DNA of 64,000 nucleotides from Candidatus Levyibacteriota bacterium (GTDB lineage Bacteria; Patescibacteriota; Microgenomatia; Levybacterales; UBA12049): positions 2,820 through 66,819 of the forward strand of contig PJMG01000006.1 of the NCBI GenBank assembly GCA_003173895.1, given 5' to 3'. Below are positions 19,073-28,544 of the stretch, one piece after another. Both the position numbers and the translations under genes were made by a program. Every line of letters begins with the position of its first letter. Within the stretch, counting starts at the first letter, position 1. The notes beneath the pieces were generated by a model. It was not told the origin of the DNA, did not search any database, and saw nothing but the letters and a program-made list of their open reading frames with translations.

Positions 19073-20590
19073 TTACCTCTTTCTATTATTAATAGTAAAA
19101 AATGATATAACACTGCTTAAAAATGCTAGAGCTGCATTAATTCCCATAGCCCACTTATAACTATTTATAAATGATCTATCAATAATTTCCTTAGCTATCA
19201 TTTTATTTTCCATATTCAAGTTTTTAGGTATATTAATACCTCCTAATTTATTAGCTTGAGATAAAATTATCTGCTTTGTATTTATATTCAAACTTGAATT
19301 TAAGATTTGGGTTTTTAAACTGTTTTCAAAAAGTGATAATGCGATCGCTCCTAATAGTGCTACTGCGAAAAGTCCAGCTATTCTAGCCACAGCATTATTT
19401 ACTCCTGAGGCTGCTCCACTGTATTTTTCATCCACTGCTAGTGCTGATTTAGTTAAAGGCGCGATAACAATCGACATTCCTAAACCAAATAGAATAAGTC
19501 CAGGTAAAATTTGAGTGAAATAATTTACATTTAAACCGACTAGAGTTAATAAAAACATACCAATCGAAACTATAAAAGGCCCTACGATCATAGGAAATCT
19601 TGGGCCTATTTTATCTGCTAAGGTACCACCATATCCTGATAAAAAAGTAATCAATAAAATGCTAGGGAGTGTGGCAAATCCTGCCTCAAGTGGGGTGTAA
19701 CCTTGAATTTGTTGAAGATTTAAAACTAAGAAAAATACTACTCCAGAAAGTGCAAAATATAAAAATAATGTGGCTAAGTTAGCGCCTGTCACAAGTGGTG
19801 ATTTAAAAATACTAAGTGGAACTAATGGTTCTTTTTCTCGAGTTTGCCAGAATATAAAAGTTATAAATAAGATTAAGCCCAATGTTAAACTTACTAATAT
19901 AAATGGATTACTCCATCCTAGATCTGATCCAGAAATAAGCCCATAAGTTAAACCTAAAAGTGAAAGAAAAATTAAAATAGAACCTATTAAATCAATTTTA
20001 GTTGATTCCAGATTTCGACTCTCAGGAATATATTTATAAGCGAGAATCAAGGCAATAATTCCTAATGGAATATTAATATAAAAAATAGATGGCCAATTAA
20101 AATATTGAACTAAGTAGCCTCCTAAAAATGGTCCTAATGCTGCTACTCCACCCGCAAATCCTGACCAGATTCCAATGGCTCTTCCTCTAAAATCTTTTTT
20201 AAATGAAGAATCAATAATACTTAAACTCCCTGGAACCATCATAGCTCCACCAATTCCTTGTAGTGCTCGAAAAAAAGCTAATTCTGTAATGGAAGTGGAA
20301 ATGCTACAAAGAAATGAAGAAAAAATAAAAAGACCAATTCCATACATAAAAATTCTTTTTCTACCAAAACGATCGCCTAAACTACCTGCGATTAAAATAA
20401 GCGAACATAACATTAAAGCATATCCATTAATTACCCACTGGATTTCCGAAAGGCTGGCATTAAGTTTATTTTGCAGTGTAGGAATAGCTATATTAACTAC
20501 AGTCCCATCTAAGAATGCCATTCCAGAAGCTAAAATAGTAGCGATCAATAATAGCTTACCTTCAATATTTTTAGTAGTATATTGTTTCAT
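19073..20590 (-). CDS. MFS transporter, DHA2 (EmrB/QacA-like, 14-TM) family
   Basis: 505 aa, about 14 TM, MFS motif GSLGDRFGRKRIF. Confidence 0.85.
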   Translation of the reverse strand: MKQYTTKNIEGKLLLIATILASGMAFLDGTVVNIAIPTLQNKLNASLSEIQWVINGYALMLCSLILIAGSLGDRFGRKRIFMYGIGLFIFSSFLCSISTSITELAFFRALQGIGGAMMVPGSLSIIDSSFKKDFRGRAIGIWSGFAGGVAALGPFLGGYLVQYFNWPSIFYINIPLGIIALILAYKYIPESRNLESTKIDLIGSILIFLSLLGLTYGLISGSDLGWSNPFILVSLTLGLILFITFIFWQTREKEPLVPLSIFKSPLVTGANLATLFLYFALSGVVFFLVLNLQQIQGYTPLEAGFATLPSILLITFLSGYGGTLADKIGPRFPMIVGPFIVSIGMFLLTLVGLNVNYFTQILPGLILFGLGMSIVIAPLTKSALAVDEKYSGAASGVNNAVARIAGLFAVALLGAIALSLFENSLKTQILNSSLNINTKQIILSQANKLGGINIPKNLNMENKMIAKEIIDRSFINSYKWAMGINAALAFLSSVISFFTINNRKR

Positions 20591-20591
20591 T

Positions 20592-21866
20592 TTATTTACC
20601 CAAAGTTAAAAACATTCCAATCGCTGCTAAACCCATACCTATAAATGTTATTAATACAAACATATTTGATAACCAACCACTTTTATATTTCCCCATTATT
20701 TTAGAATTGTTACCAATTAGAAAGATTATAAAAATTAGAGGCACTGCCACTACTCCATTTATAACTGCTGTAAAAACTAAAGCTTGAAAGGGATTAATAC
20801 CTATAAAATTAATTAGAAGACCAATTAATGTAGCTATAGTTATAACTCCATAAAATCCATGCGCTCTTTTTAACTTTAGATTTAATCCTTCCCGCCATTT
20901 TACTGCTTCAGAGAATGCGTATGCTCCTGAACCTGCCAAAACTGGCACAGATAATAAACCTAACCCAACAATTCCCACTCCAAAAATCAGTTTAGCCACA
21001 AATCCTGAATTAGGAAAAGTTTTAACTAAGGGTTGAAGAGCTGCTGCCGCATCAGACGCTGTTTTAATATTAGTTACTCCATGACTATTTAAGACAGTTG
21101 CAGCCACTACTATAATAGCCCATGTCGCAATTTCTGAAACGACCATACCTAAAAAGGTATCTATTCTTAAATCTTTTATAAAATGCCAATTAATACGTGG
21201 TTTACCATCCTTTTTTAATAAATGATCTACTCTCTCCTCTTCAGTTTCCTCCGATGCTTGCCAAAAAAACATATAAGGAGAAATCGTAGTTCCCAAAACG
21301 CCAATAATTATAAAGAGAAATTGAAAATTAAACTCAATATGTGGAATAAAAGTAGCTTTTAAAATAGTCATCCATGGTTGTTTAACTATAAAAAGCGTTA
21401 AGGGATAGGCTAAAAGCGAAAGACATAAATACTTTAGAATTTTAGAGTAAACTTTGTAGGAAGTAAAAATCTCTAGAATCAACATGAGTGCAGTAAAAAG
21501 TAGAGTTAAAATTACAAAAGGAACAGGAATGATTAGATTAGTGGCAGCAGCCATAGCACCGATATCCGCACCTATATTAATAGTATTGGCTATAAGTACT
21601 AATAAAACGACTGCGTAAAGAACAGTCTTACTATAATGATCCCTTACTACTGCTGCTATCCCTCGTCCAGTTACTGCACCAATTCTGGCACTGACTTCCT
21701 GAACTGCTGTTTGGAGAGGAAGCATAAATATGGCTGTCCAAAGCTGGCCATAACCAAATTGCGCGCCTGTTTGAGAATATGTAGCAATACCTGATGGATC
21801 ATCATCAGCAGCACCAGTAATAATTCCTGGTCCTAAAATTTTTAATAAATCCTTTAGTTTTTTCAT
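20592..21866 (-). CDS. NRAMP-family divalent metal cation transporter
   Basis: ILGPGIITGAADDDPSGIATYSQTGAQFGY, about 11 TM, 424 aa. Confidence 0.8.
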   Translation of the reverse strand: MKKLKDLLKILGPGIITGAADDDPSGIATYSQTGAQFGYGQLWTAIFMLPLQTAVQEVSARIGAVTGRGIAAVVRDHYSKTVLYAVVLLVLIANTINIGADIGAMAAATNLIIPVPFVILTLLFTALMLILEIFTSYKVYSKILKYLCLSLLAYPLTLFIVKQPWMTILKATFIPHIEFNFQFLFIIIGVLGTTISPYMFFWQASEETEEERVDHLLKKDGKPRINWHFIKDLRIDTFLGMVVSEIATWAIIVVAATVLNSHGVTNIKTASDAAAALQPLVKTFPNSGFVAKLIFGVGIVGLGLLSVPVLAGSGAYAFSEAVKWREGLNLKLKRAHGFYGVITIATLIGLLINFIGINPFQALVFTAVINGVVAVPLIFIIFLIGNNSKIMGKYKSGWLSNMFVLITFIGMGLAAIGMFLTLGK

Positions 21867-21951
21867 GGGATTAGTTTAATTGTGGAATACTTAAGAATAA
21901 ATTGCAAGAAAAGGAAAGAGAAAAAAATTGTTTATTAAATTTCTAAAAGAC

Positions 21952-22007
21952 GAGATTCTTCTCTCTCGCCTCGATTCGATTCGGCGAAGCGGGTCGTTCA
22001 GAATGAC
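21952..22007. repeat. long unit of GTCATCCTGAG/CGAAGGATC repeat family
   Basis: GAGATTCTTCTCTCTCGCCTCGATTCGATTCGGCGAAGCGGGTCGTTCAGAATGAC, close to rev-comp of 12305-12360; 7 nt downstream of the stop at 22015. Confidence 0.75.
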
Positions 22008-22014
22008 AAAGAGT

Positions 22015-22605
22015 TTAGGAGGACATGGTGGTTTCTTCTCTAGCTGTTTTTAACATTTTTGCAAACCATATTAATTGTTCTAACATATTTTTAGCCGTAT
22101 CCTCTGCACTTTCAAAAGCACCAGGTTTTAAATTTCCATTCTCATCTACCATAGTCCAAGAAAAAGGAAAATGAACTCCATTTCGGATAGGTACCATTTG
22201 TAATTCTATGACTACTTGTCTTAATTGCTGTACGGCGCGAGTTCCTGCTGCAATTCCTCCATAACTTATAAAAGCTACTGGTTTATTATGCCATTGGGCA
22301 AAAACATAATCGATAGCATTTTTTAAAACCGCACTGTAACCATGATTATATTCAGGAGTTACCATAATATATGCATCACCCTCACCTATTTTTTCCGCCC
22401 ATTTGGCTGCTAAATCTAAAGTGTATTTTCCTTTAGAAGCATTTGGAGACATAGGTTCATTAAAAAAAGGAAGCGGCCAATTTCTTAAATCAATTAACTC
22501 CGCTTCTACTCCCTCCATTTTAGATAATTTCTCAAAAATCCACTTTGCAGGTTTTTCTGAAAATCTATTTGGTCGAGTCGATCCAATGATTACTTGAATT
22601 TTCAT
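22015..22605 (-). CDS. NADPH-dependent FMN reductase family protein
   Basis: MKIQVIIGSTRPNRFS.., YIMVTPEYNHGYSAVLKNAIDY. Confidence 0.8.
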   Translation of the reverse strand: MKIQVIIGSTRPNRFSEKPAKWIFEKLSKMEGVEAELIDLRNWPLPFFNEPMSPNASKGKYTLDLAAKWAEKIGEGDAYIMVTPEYNHGYSAVLKNAIDYVFAQWHNKPVAFISYGGIAAGTRAVQQLRQVVIELQMVPIRNGVHFPFSWTMVDENGNLKPGAFESAEDTAKNMLEQLIWFAKMLKTAREETTMSS

Positions 22606-22716
22606 AAGAATATATTTAAAATATCACTAATACTTTATTTTGTAAAGTACTTACAAAAAATAAAGTATCAACATATAACTATATTAAAAATTAGTAGTAA
22701 ATTATAAACATAAAAT

Positions 22717-23028
22717 ATGATTGATAAAAATGTAAGAGATCAATGTGGTGTAGCTAAAACTTTAAAAATTATGGGTGGTAAATGGACATTTTTAATACTA
22801 CATAATTTATTTGAAGGTAAAAAAAGATTTGGAGAATTAGAAAGATCTATGTTAGGAATCAGTCCCAAAACTCTATCAGAAAGATTAACATTATTAGAAA
22901 AAGAAAAAATAATATCTAAGAAAGTTTTTGCTGAAATTCCTCTTCACGTTGAATATTCATTAACAGAAAAAGGAAAATCATTAAAAAATATATTTAAACA
23001 AATGGCTAAATGGGGAGAAAAAAATTAA
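22717..23028 (+). CDS. HxlR-family transcriptional regulator
   Basis: GGKWTFLILHNLFEGKKRFGELERSMLGISPKTLSERLTLLEKEKII..VEYSLTEKG. Confidence 0.85.
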   Translation: MIDKNVRDQCGVAKTLKIMGGKWTFLILHNLFEGKKRFGELERSMLGISPKTLSERLTLLEKEKIISKKVFAEIPLHVEYSLTEKGKSLKNIFKQMAKWGEKN

Positions 23029-23030
23029 AC

Positions 23031-23064
23031 AAACAGATGGAGTTTGTATACCATCCGTCTGTTT
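23031..23064. terminator. hairpin between convergent genes (possible bidirectional terminator)
   Basis: AAACAGATGG ..loop.. CCA(TCCG)TCTGTTT: 7+3 bp stem with a bulge; weak T-run. Confidence 0.35.
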
Positions 23065-23078
23065 AGGGAAACACATTG

Positions 23079-23306
23079 TTACATGCCTCCACTATTGTTT
23101 TGATCTGTATCATTCATCATATCGGAACTCTCACTTTGATCAGTAGAAGTTTCTTCAGATGAATTTTGGCTTCTAGCTTGGCCACCTTTTTTACCTAATG
23201 CACTCATATCTTGTTTAGAAGAACTTGCCTTCCCTCCTTTACTAGCAATATCTCTTTGCTTTTGTGGATCCATAGAGCCAAATCCTTTTTTACTATTATC
23301 TGCCAT
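23079..23306 (-). CDS. KGG-repeat general stress protein
   Basis: GFGSMDPQKQRDIASKGGKAS..GKKGGQA; I place the start at ATG 23306 (SD GGGGGTGA 6 nt upstream); the track's 23315 start is a GTG inside the SD. Confidence 0.7.
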   Translation of the reverse strand: MADNSKKGFGSMDPQKQRDIASKGGKASSSKQDMSALGKKGGQARSQNSSEETSTDQSESSDMMNDTDQNNSGGM

Positions 23307-23398
23307 TTTTTTCACCCCCTCTCATAACTATAATTTATTAAAAACCAATACGATAAAATATGAATAAAAGTGAGGTAAAGAGTAAGTAAGAAAAGTAG

Positions 23399-23953
23399 TT
23401 ATTTGTAAGGACCTTTTATGATATTTAACTCTCCTCGCCCTATTTCATCAGTATCCATTCCATAACCTTGAACCCAGACATCAGGAATACTAAAACCAAT
23501 ATAATCAGGTATAAATCTAACTTTTCGTCTTTCTGGTTTATCTAAAAGTACAAAAGTTTCAACAGACTTAGGATCTTTTTTAAGAAAAATGTTTTTTACA
23601 AATTCTAAACTTTTTCCAGTATCACAAATATCATCGATTAAAAGTAGATTTCTGTTTTTAATATTAATATCTATATCTAAAATCATTTCTGGCTCTTGAA
23701 TGGCAGTAGTACCGTGCATGTAACTTTTCACTCTTATAAAAGAAAGTTCTATATCTGTTAATCCCATCTTATGAAGTTTAATCAATAGATTAGTAGTTAC
23801 TATAGCAGCACCCTTTAAAATTCCAACGATAATTAATTTTTTATCTTTATATTTTTTAACTAAATCTTTAGCCAATTCATTAATTCTATCTTCAATTTCC
23901 TTCTCAGAAATTATAATTTCACTTATTTTATACTCATCAGGAGTTTTAAACAT
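23399..23953 (-). CDS. hpt: hypoxanthine phosphoribosyltransferase
   Basis: PRPP-binding loop LLLIDDICDTGKSL, KGAAIVTTNLL, 184 aa; TGGTATAAT extended -10 lies 6 nt from the ATG. Confidence 0.85.
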   Translation of the reverse strand: MFKTPDEYKISEIIISEKEIEDRINELAKDLVKKYKDKKLIIVGILKGAAIVTTNLLIKLHKMGLTDIELSFIRVKSYMHGTTAIQEPEMILDIDINIKNRNLLLIDDICDTGKSLEFVKNIFLKKDPKSVETFVLLDKPERRKVRFIPDYIGFSIPDVWVQGYGMDTDEIGRGELNIIKGPYK

Positions 23954-24007
23954 AGCTAGATTATACCAAACTAGCTAAAGAAGTATGAATCAAAATTCTG
24001 TTAAGAG

Positions 24008-24053
24008 AAGGGGTGGCGCGAGTGGAAGGGAACCCGCGACAGGACTCCAGCAG
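24008..24053. repeat. GC-rich dispersed element (family X, short form)
   Basis: AAGGGGTGGCGCGAGTGGAAGGGAACCCGCGACAGGACTCCAGCAG; matches both ends of the 3575-3700 element. Confidence 0.55.
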
Positions 24054-24102
24054 AAGTTAAGAAAATTACATTACAAAATAATCCAGGATCACAAAATGAA
24101 GT

Positions 24103-24372
24103 TTATGAAAGATCTTTGTCTAGCTCTTCTATATCATCTTCTAAATCCGGTTCTATTTCTTTAGCTTTCTCTTTCATCTTAGTTTTTAAATCAGTTATAT
24201 AACTTTTAGCTTGAGTTTTAGCAGTTTTTAAAGCAGACTTAAGTTTTTGCTGGTTCTTTTTATCCTTTAAAGCTAAAGTCGTAGCTACTGCTATTCCTGC
24301 CCCCACTACAGCTCCTGTCAAACCTACTCCTATTACCCTTCCTTTGTTATTTTTTTCATTTTTATCTATCAT
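24103..24372 (-). CDS. YtxH-like small stress protein
   Basis: N-terminal Gly/Ala-rich TM (GVGLTGAVVGAGIAVATTLAL) plus a Lys-rich helical tail; SD AGGGGGTGAG 7 nt upstream. Confidence 0.5.
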   Translation of the reverse strand: MIDKNEKNNKGRVIGVGLTGAVVGAGIAVATTLALKDKKNQQKLKSALKTAKTQAKSYITDLKTKMKEKAKEIEPDLEDDIEELDKDLS

Positions 24373-24388
24373 ACCTACTCACCCCCTA

Positions 24389-24631
24389 TTATCTATGTAT
24401 TAATCTTCCTAAGAAAATTAAAATTGCAGCACCTATTACTGCTACTATTAAACTATATAAATTAAATCCAGTCACACCAGGCGCACCAAAAGCATTAAAT
24501 ATAAATCCACCAATTAATGCTCCTATTATTCCTAAAATTATATCTTCTATAAGCCCATGACTACTTGCCATTATTATATCTGCTAGCCACCCTGCAGCAG
24601 CTCCAAAAATAATCCACAGTAAAATATTCAT
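24389..24631 (-). CDS. GlsB/YeaQ/YmgE-family stress-response membrane protein
   Basis: MNILLWIIFGAAAGWLADIIM.. typical transglycosylase-associated family, 80 aa. Confidence 0.8.
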   Translation of the reverse strand: MNILLWIIFGAAAGWLADIIMASSHGLIEDIILGIIGALIGGFIFNAFGAPGVTGFNLYSLIVAVIGAAILIFLGRLIHR

Positions 24632-24706
24632 AAATATATGATATTTGCTTGCTATGAATATTTAATGTTTATTAGGTAATAACTTAGTAAGAGAGTATAT
24701 GAAGTA

Positions 24707-26143
24707 TTAGAATAAATTCCAGAGAGCTTGATTAGTTATCTCGTGATGATAGATGACTTCAGAATTTTTAACTCTAGTTCCTAATTCACGAGGTGAACGA
24801 TCTGCCGCTAGCTGTTTAAAATAGGCATATTTTTCTTTATTATCAGAACCTAAAATTTTTCCTACAAAATCACTTGCTTTGAATAATTTTAAAGCATCAC
24901 TAATAGTTCCAGGTAAAAATCTAAGTCTATCTCGTTTGCTTTCATCCTTTTTTAATTTTTCACCTTCTAAACCTGTTTTAAGTAAAGTATAAAACCATAA
25001 ATATGGATTAGTATCTGGAGCTACTGAGCGAATTTCTATTCTCGCAGTTTTCTGATTTCCTACTGGAATTCTAATCATCGAACCTCGATCAATAGGCGAA
25101 ACTTTTATTTGATTTGGCGCTTCGAAATGTGGATCAAGTCTTCGGTAAGCATTAACACTGGAATTTAAAACTAAACAAATCTCCGGTGCATGATTTAAAA
25201 GTTTTAAAATAAAATCCCAAGCGAGTGGAGATAAACTTTCTTCTCCAGACTTTTCATAAAAAGCATTCCTTCCATTTTTAGACAGGGAAAAATTCGTATG
25301 CATACCACTACCATTAATTCCCATTATGGGTTTGGGTAAAAAAGAAGCAGTCATACCCATTTTATTAGCCACTTGGCGACAAACTAATTTATAAAGTTGA
25401 ATTTGATCAGCAGCACGAACTATATCTGTATAAGAAAAATTCATTTCGAACTGAGATGGTGCTACTTCTGGATGATCTTTTTCATTTTTAAAACCCATGG
25501 CTCTTTGTGCCTCTGCACATGAATCGATAAACTGTCTAAGTTTATCCATAGGAAGTGAATGATAATATCCTCCAGTAGTAATCAGCTTAAACCCAATTTT
25601 TTCATCATACTCTGCCTCAGCATTCATTCCATCCAGTAAAAACCCTTCTATCTCAGCCGAAGCATTTGCAGTAAAACCCTTTTTAGTTTTTAAATCATTG
25701 GCATATTTTTGTAAAAGACCACGAAAATCAGATTCATATTGAGTTTTATCTCTACCTAACACGTTAGCAAACATAATAACTTTCCCAGGGCCAAATAAAT
25801 CAGATGGAAGCCACATAAAACTTCCCCAATCAATAGAAAGTCTCAAGTCAGATTCGCTTTGAGCAGTAAAACCTCGGATAGAAGATCCATCAAAAGTCAA
25901 ATTATCTGAAGAATCGAGTAAAAACTTCTTATCATAATCCAGCATGTGAAATCTACCTTCTATATCGGAAAAACAAAGAGTTATGGCTTTAATTCTTTTC
26001 TCTTTTTTTAAGTATTCTCTATATTCTTCTTCTAATTTTTCTGGAGCAAGAGTAAATCTCTTTTCTTTGGCGGCTAAATTTCTTTCTTCTAACTCATCAT
26101 AAGGAATTTCTAAAAAGTTTTTTAATTTATTTTCCTCAAACAT
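24707..26143 (-). CDS. glnA: glutamine synthetase
   Basis: FDGSSIRGF, HPEVAPSQFE, KPIMGINGSGMHTNFS, NAYRRL, IRIP; 478 aa. Confidence 0.85.
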   Translation of the reverse strand: MFEENKLKNFLEIPYDELEERNLAAKEKRFTLAPEKLEEEYREYLKKEKRIKAITLCFSDIEGRFHMLDYDKKFLLDSSDNLTFDGSSIRGFTAQSESDLRLSIDWGSFMWLPSDLFGPGKVIMFANVLGRDKTQYESDFRGLLQKYANDLKTKKGFTANASAEIEGFLLDGMNAEAEYDEKIGFKLITTGGYYHSLPMDKLRQFIDSCAEAQRAMGFKNEKDHPEVAPSQFEMNFSYTDIVRAADQIQLYKLVCRQVANKMGMTASFLPKPIMGINGSGMHTNFSLSKNGRNAFYEKSGEESLSPLAWDFILKLLNHAPEICLVLNSSVNAYRRLDPHFEAPNQIKVSPIDRGSMIRIPVGNQKTARIEIRSVAPDTNPYLWFYTLLKTGLEGEKLKKDESKRDRLRFLPGTISDALKLFKASDFVGKILGSDNKEKYAYFKQLAADRSPRELGTRVKNSEVIYHHEITNQALWNLF

Positions 26144-26149
26144 AAAATT

Positions 26150-26178
26150 AATTTAACAATATTTATATTAGTTGTCAA
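26150..26178 (-). promoter_or_regulatory. glnA promoter, leaderless configuration
   Basis: minus strand TTGACA (26173-26178), 17-nt spacer, TAAATT (26150-26155), 6 nt to the ATG. Confidence 0.55.
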
Positions 26179-26504
26179 TAAGTTTATTATAAATAATTTA
26201 TAAATTAATATAAAAATATATAATCATGAGAAGCAAGCAGATGTATATTTTAAACAGCATTGAAAGTTTGCTTTGTATTAATTTTATAATTTAGCTCAAG
26301 TTTGGTAGCAAACTTTCAAGAGCGAGAATGATAACTAAATATTAATTTCAAATAAATGTTTTCGAGTGTCTTTTAAAATATACTCTGCGAGTTTAAAAGC
26401 TAAAGGAAATACTCGACAGGACCCCGTGATAATGTTGAACCACTTATCTAAAAAGAATATAATATATTTGGAAAGAGCTAAAAGATTATTAAATTTAGCT
26501 AATC

Positions 26505-27755
26505 ATGAATATTAATAGATCATTTGTGGGGAAAATTGCGCTGGTATTTCTTGGATTGTTTTTAATCCAGTTGGTAATTGGTATTTTTATACTCTACTCT
26601 ATTTCCATGCGCCAAACCCAAACATATCTGCAAAATACTACCAAGCGTATCGAAGATGATATTTCCTATACTAAAAACGGTTGGGATTTATCCAGATATA
26701 ATGCCGATCCTAATGTTCCAGATACATACCCCATTTATATTTTAGGTACTGACGGATATGTCATAGATCGTTGGAAACCTATCCATGGATTTCTGGATAC
26801 CTCAGATATAAAACACTTACTCATATATAATTCCCCACAAACTATAACTACTAGTAGTCAACAAACTTGGAGAATTTATTCCAAACAAATTTTAAATAAC
26901 GGACATTTTCTGGGAGTTATTACTGTAGCTATATATAACCCACAAAAAGATCAAATTAAAAGTCTAGATGAACGACTTTTTGATGCAGTAAATATAATTA
27001 ATTCCAAATTAATTATAAAAAATAATAGTATTGATGTAAGTCAAATTGATAGTCGCGATATTAGTTATGACATTTCTTTTCAAGTGACAGATCAATATAA
27101 TAAAATCGTAGCTAAAAATAACAATACTAATATTATTGATAGACTACCTAATTATATAGATCTAAGTTATATTGGTAGCATTTTAAATAGTCCTCAAACA
27201 CAACAAATCTCTGACTCTAAAACTCAACAAAGATTTCTATTTCTTACTTCTCCTCTAGTTTATAACAATAATATTATGGGTGTATTAGTGGTAGGCAAAT
27301 CAATTTCTGAGATTAATGATTTGGTTAATAGTTTTATACTAGCAGAAACTATTTTAGGACTGATTATTTATAGTTTAGGCACTTTTATATTAATAAAACT
27401 TTCTAGACCTTATTTTACCACTGAAGCAGAAGTAGAAGAGTTTCATGAAGTGAATAAGATAAGCTTTGATAAGAAAACTGGGACTCTTTTATTTGACGCT
27501 ATGGAAATTACTATTCCCTACGCTACCAATCAATATTATATGTGTGAAGCTCTATTTTCTAATCCTAAGAAACACTGGGAAACTGATGAATTATTAGAGA
27601 AATTCGGTGATTTAGATATGGAACATAGTCGAAAGGTATATGATGCTATGGTCATAATTAATAAAAAAGTTCAATCAATTATTGGTGATAAGTTAATTAT
27701 TCTTCACGATAAAGTTTATCAAATAAATCCATTTTTAGCCTCAAAAATCGCTTGA
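26505..27755 (+). CDS. membrane-bound one-component regulator: 2-TM sensor region plus C-terminal OmpR/PhoB-type winged-helix domain
   Basis: TM1 aa 10-33, ~240-aa extracytoplasmic region, TM2 (ILGLIIYSLGTFILIKL), then ISFDKKTGTLLFDAMEITIPYATNQYYMCEALFSNPKKHWETDELLEKFG..KVYQINP resembling Trans_reg_C. Confidence 0.5.
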   Translation: MNINRSFVGKIALVFLGLFLIQLVIGIFILYSISMRQTQTYLQNTTKRIEDDISYTKNGWDLSRYNADPNVPDTYPIYILGTDGYVIDRWKPIHGFLDTSDIKHLLIYNSPQTITTSSQQTWRIYSKQILNNGHFLGVITVAIYNPQKDQIKSLDERLFDAVNIINSKLIIKNNSIDVSQIDSRDISYDISFQVTDQYNKIVAKNNNTNIIDRLPNYIDLSYIGSILNSPQTQQISDSKTQQRFLFLTSPLVYNNNIMGVLVVGKSISEINDLVNSFILAETILGLIIYSLGTFILIKLSRPYFTTEAEVEEFHEVNKISFDKKTGTLLFDAMEITIPYATNQYYMCEALFSNPKKHWETDELLEKFGDLDMEHSRKVYDAMVIINKKVQSIIGDKLIILHDKVYQINPFLASKIA

Positions 27756-27820
27756 GTCACAGTTGATTCACTTAGAATCTAACATGATTCACCAGACTTG
27801 TTTATATACTGACATCAATT

Positions 27821-28072
27821 ATGAACAAATTGCTGTCACAATCTTATGCCTTTAACGAAAAAGCTGTAATTTTCCTAGTCGTAATTGGAGCTATTTTTAT
27901 AGTACTAAGTAGTATTTTTATTCAAAAAGAAGATTCACAAAATAATATGCACTATTTATTAGGTAAATTTATTGCTCCTTATTCTGTAAATTTTTCTATT
28001 AAGAATTCTACTACTAGTAAAAGTGGCTGCAAACCAACTTTAGTAGGCAGAGTTATAGTAAATAATTGTTAA
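27821..28072 (+). CDS. small membrane protein
   Basis: 83 aa with one TM (AVIFLVVIGAIFIVLSSIFI); weak support. Confidence 0.35.
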   Translation: MNKLLSQSYAFNEKAVIFLVVIGAIFIVLSSIFIQKEDSQNNMHYLLGKFIAPYSVNFSIKNSTTSKSGCKPTLVGRVIVNNC

Positions 28073-28076
28073 ATTT

Positions 28077-28538
28077 ATGTTAATTACAGATATTTATAAT
28101 CCAAACATATCACCTATTTTAGACACTATTAGTGTTAAAGAAGCTCTGGAAATTTTAATAGATAAACATTTTAACGGTGTAGTTGTTTTAGATAAAAATG
28201 ATAAATTAGTCGGAATTTTTTCTCTCCAAGATCTAGCTGCTGCTATAGTACCTGAAGATTTTACAGAAAATGCAGTTTTAGCTGAAGCACTTTATAAACC
28301 GAATTTTTTCCATGATTGTTGCCAGGAAATTAAAAATAAAAAGGTTTCTGACATTATGAGAAAAGATTTCATTATCGCTACACCTCAAACACCTGTCATG
28401 GAGATAGCTGCAGATTTCCTAAAAAATGATCTATATATAGTACCTGTTTGCGAAAACGGTAAAGTAATCGGTATAGTAACTCGTTCAGAAATTAAAAAAG
28501 CTCTCGCTTTAGGAATGGGAGTTTCCTCTAAAAAATAA
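28077..28538 (+). CDS. CBS-domain pair protein
   Basis: two CBS motifs (VVLDKNDKLVGIFSLQDL; VPVCENGKVIGIVTRSEI). Confidence 0.8.
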   Translation: MLITDIYNPNISPILDTISVKEALEILIDKHFNGVVVLDKNDKLVGIFSLQDLAAAIVPEDFTENAVLAEALYKPNFFHDCCQEIKNKKVSDIMRKDFIIATPQTPVMEIAADFLKNDLYIVPVCENGKVIGIVTRSEIKKALALGMGVSSKK

Positions 28539-28544
28539 ACTACT

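Noticed and set aside
20175-20609. 144-aa plus-strand track ORF
   Set aside because: It is entirely antisense to the well-supported MFS transporter gene, and its low-complexity sequence is a mirror image of a membrane protein.
26144-26504. Glutamine riboswitch (glnA RNA motif) or T-box-like leader upstream of glnA
   Set aside because: The glnA promoter -10 ends 6 nt from the ATG, so there is no leader to host a riboswitch. I also could not find the conserved glnA-motif core.
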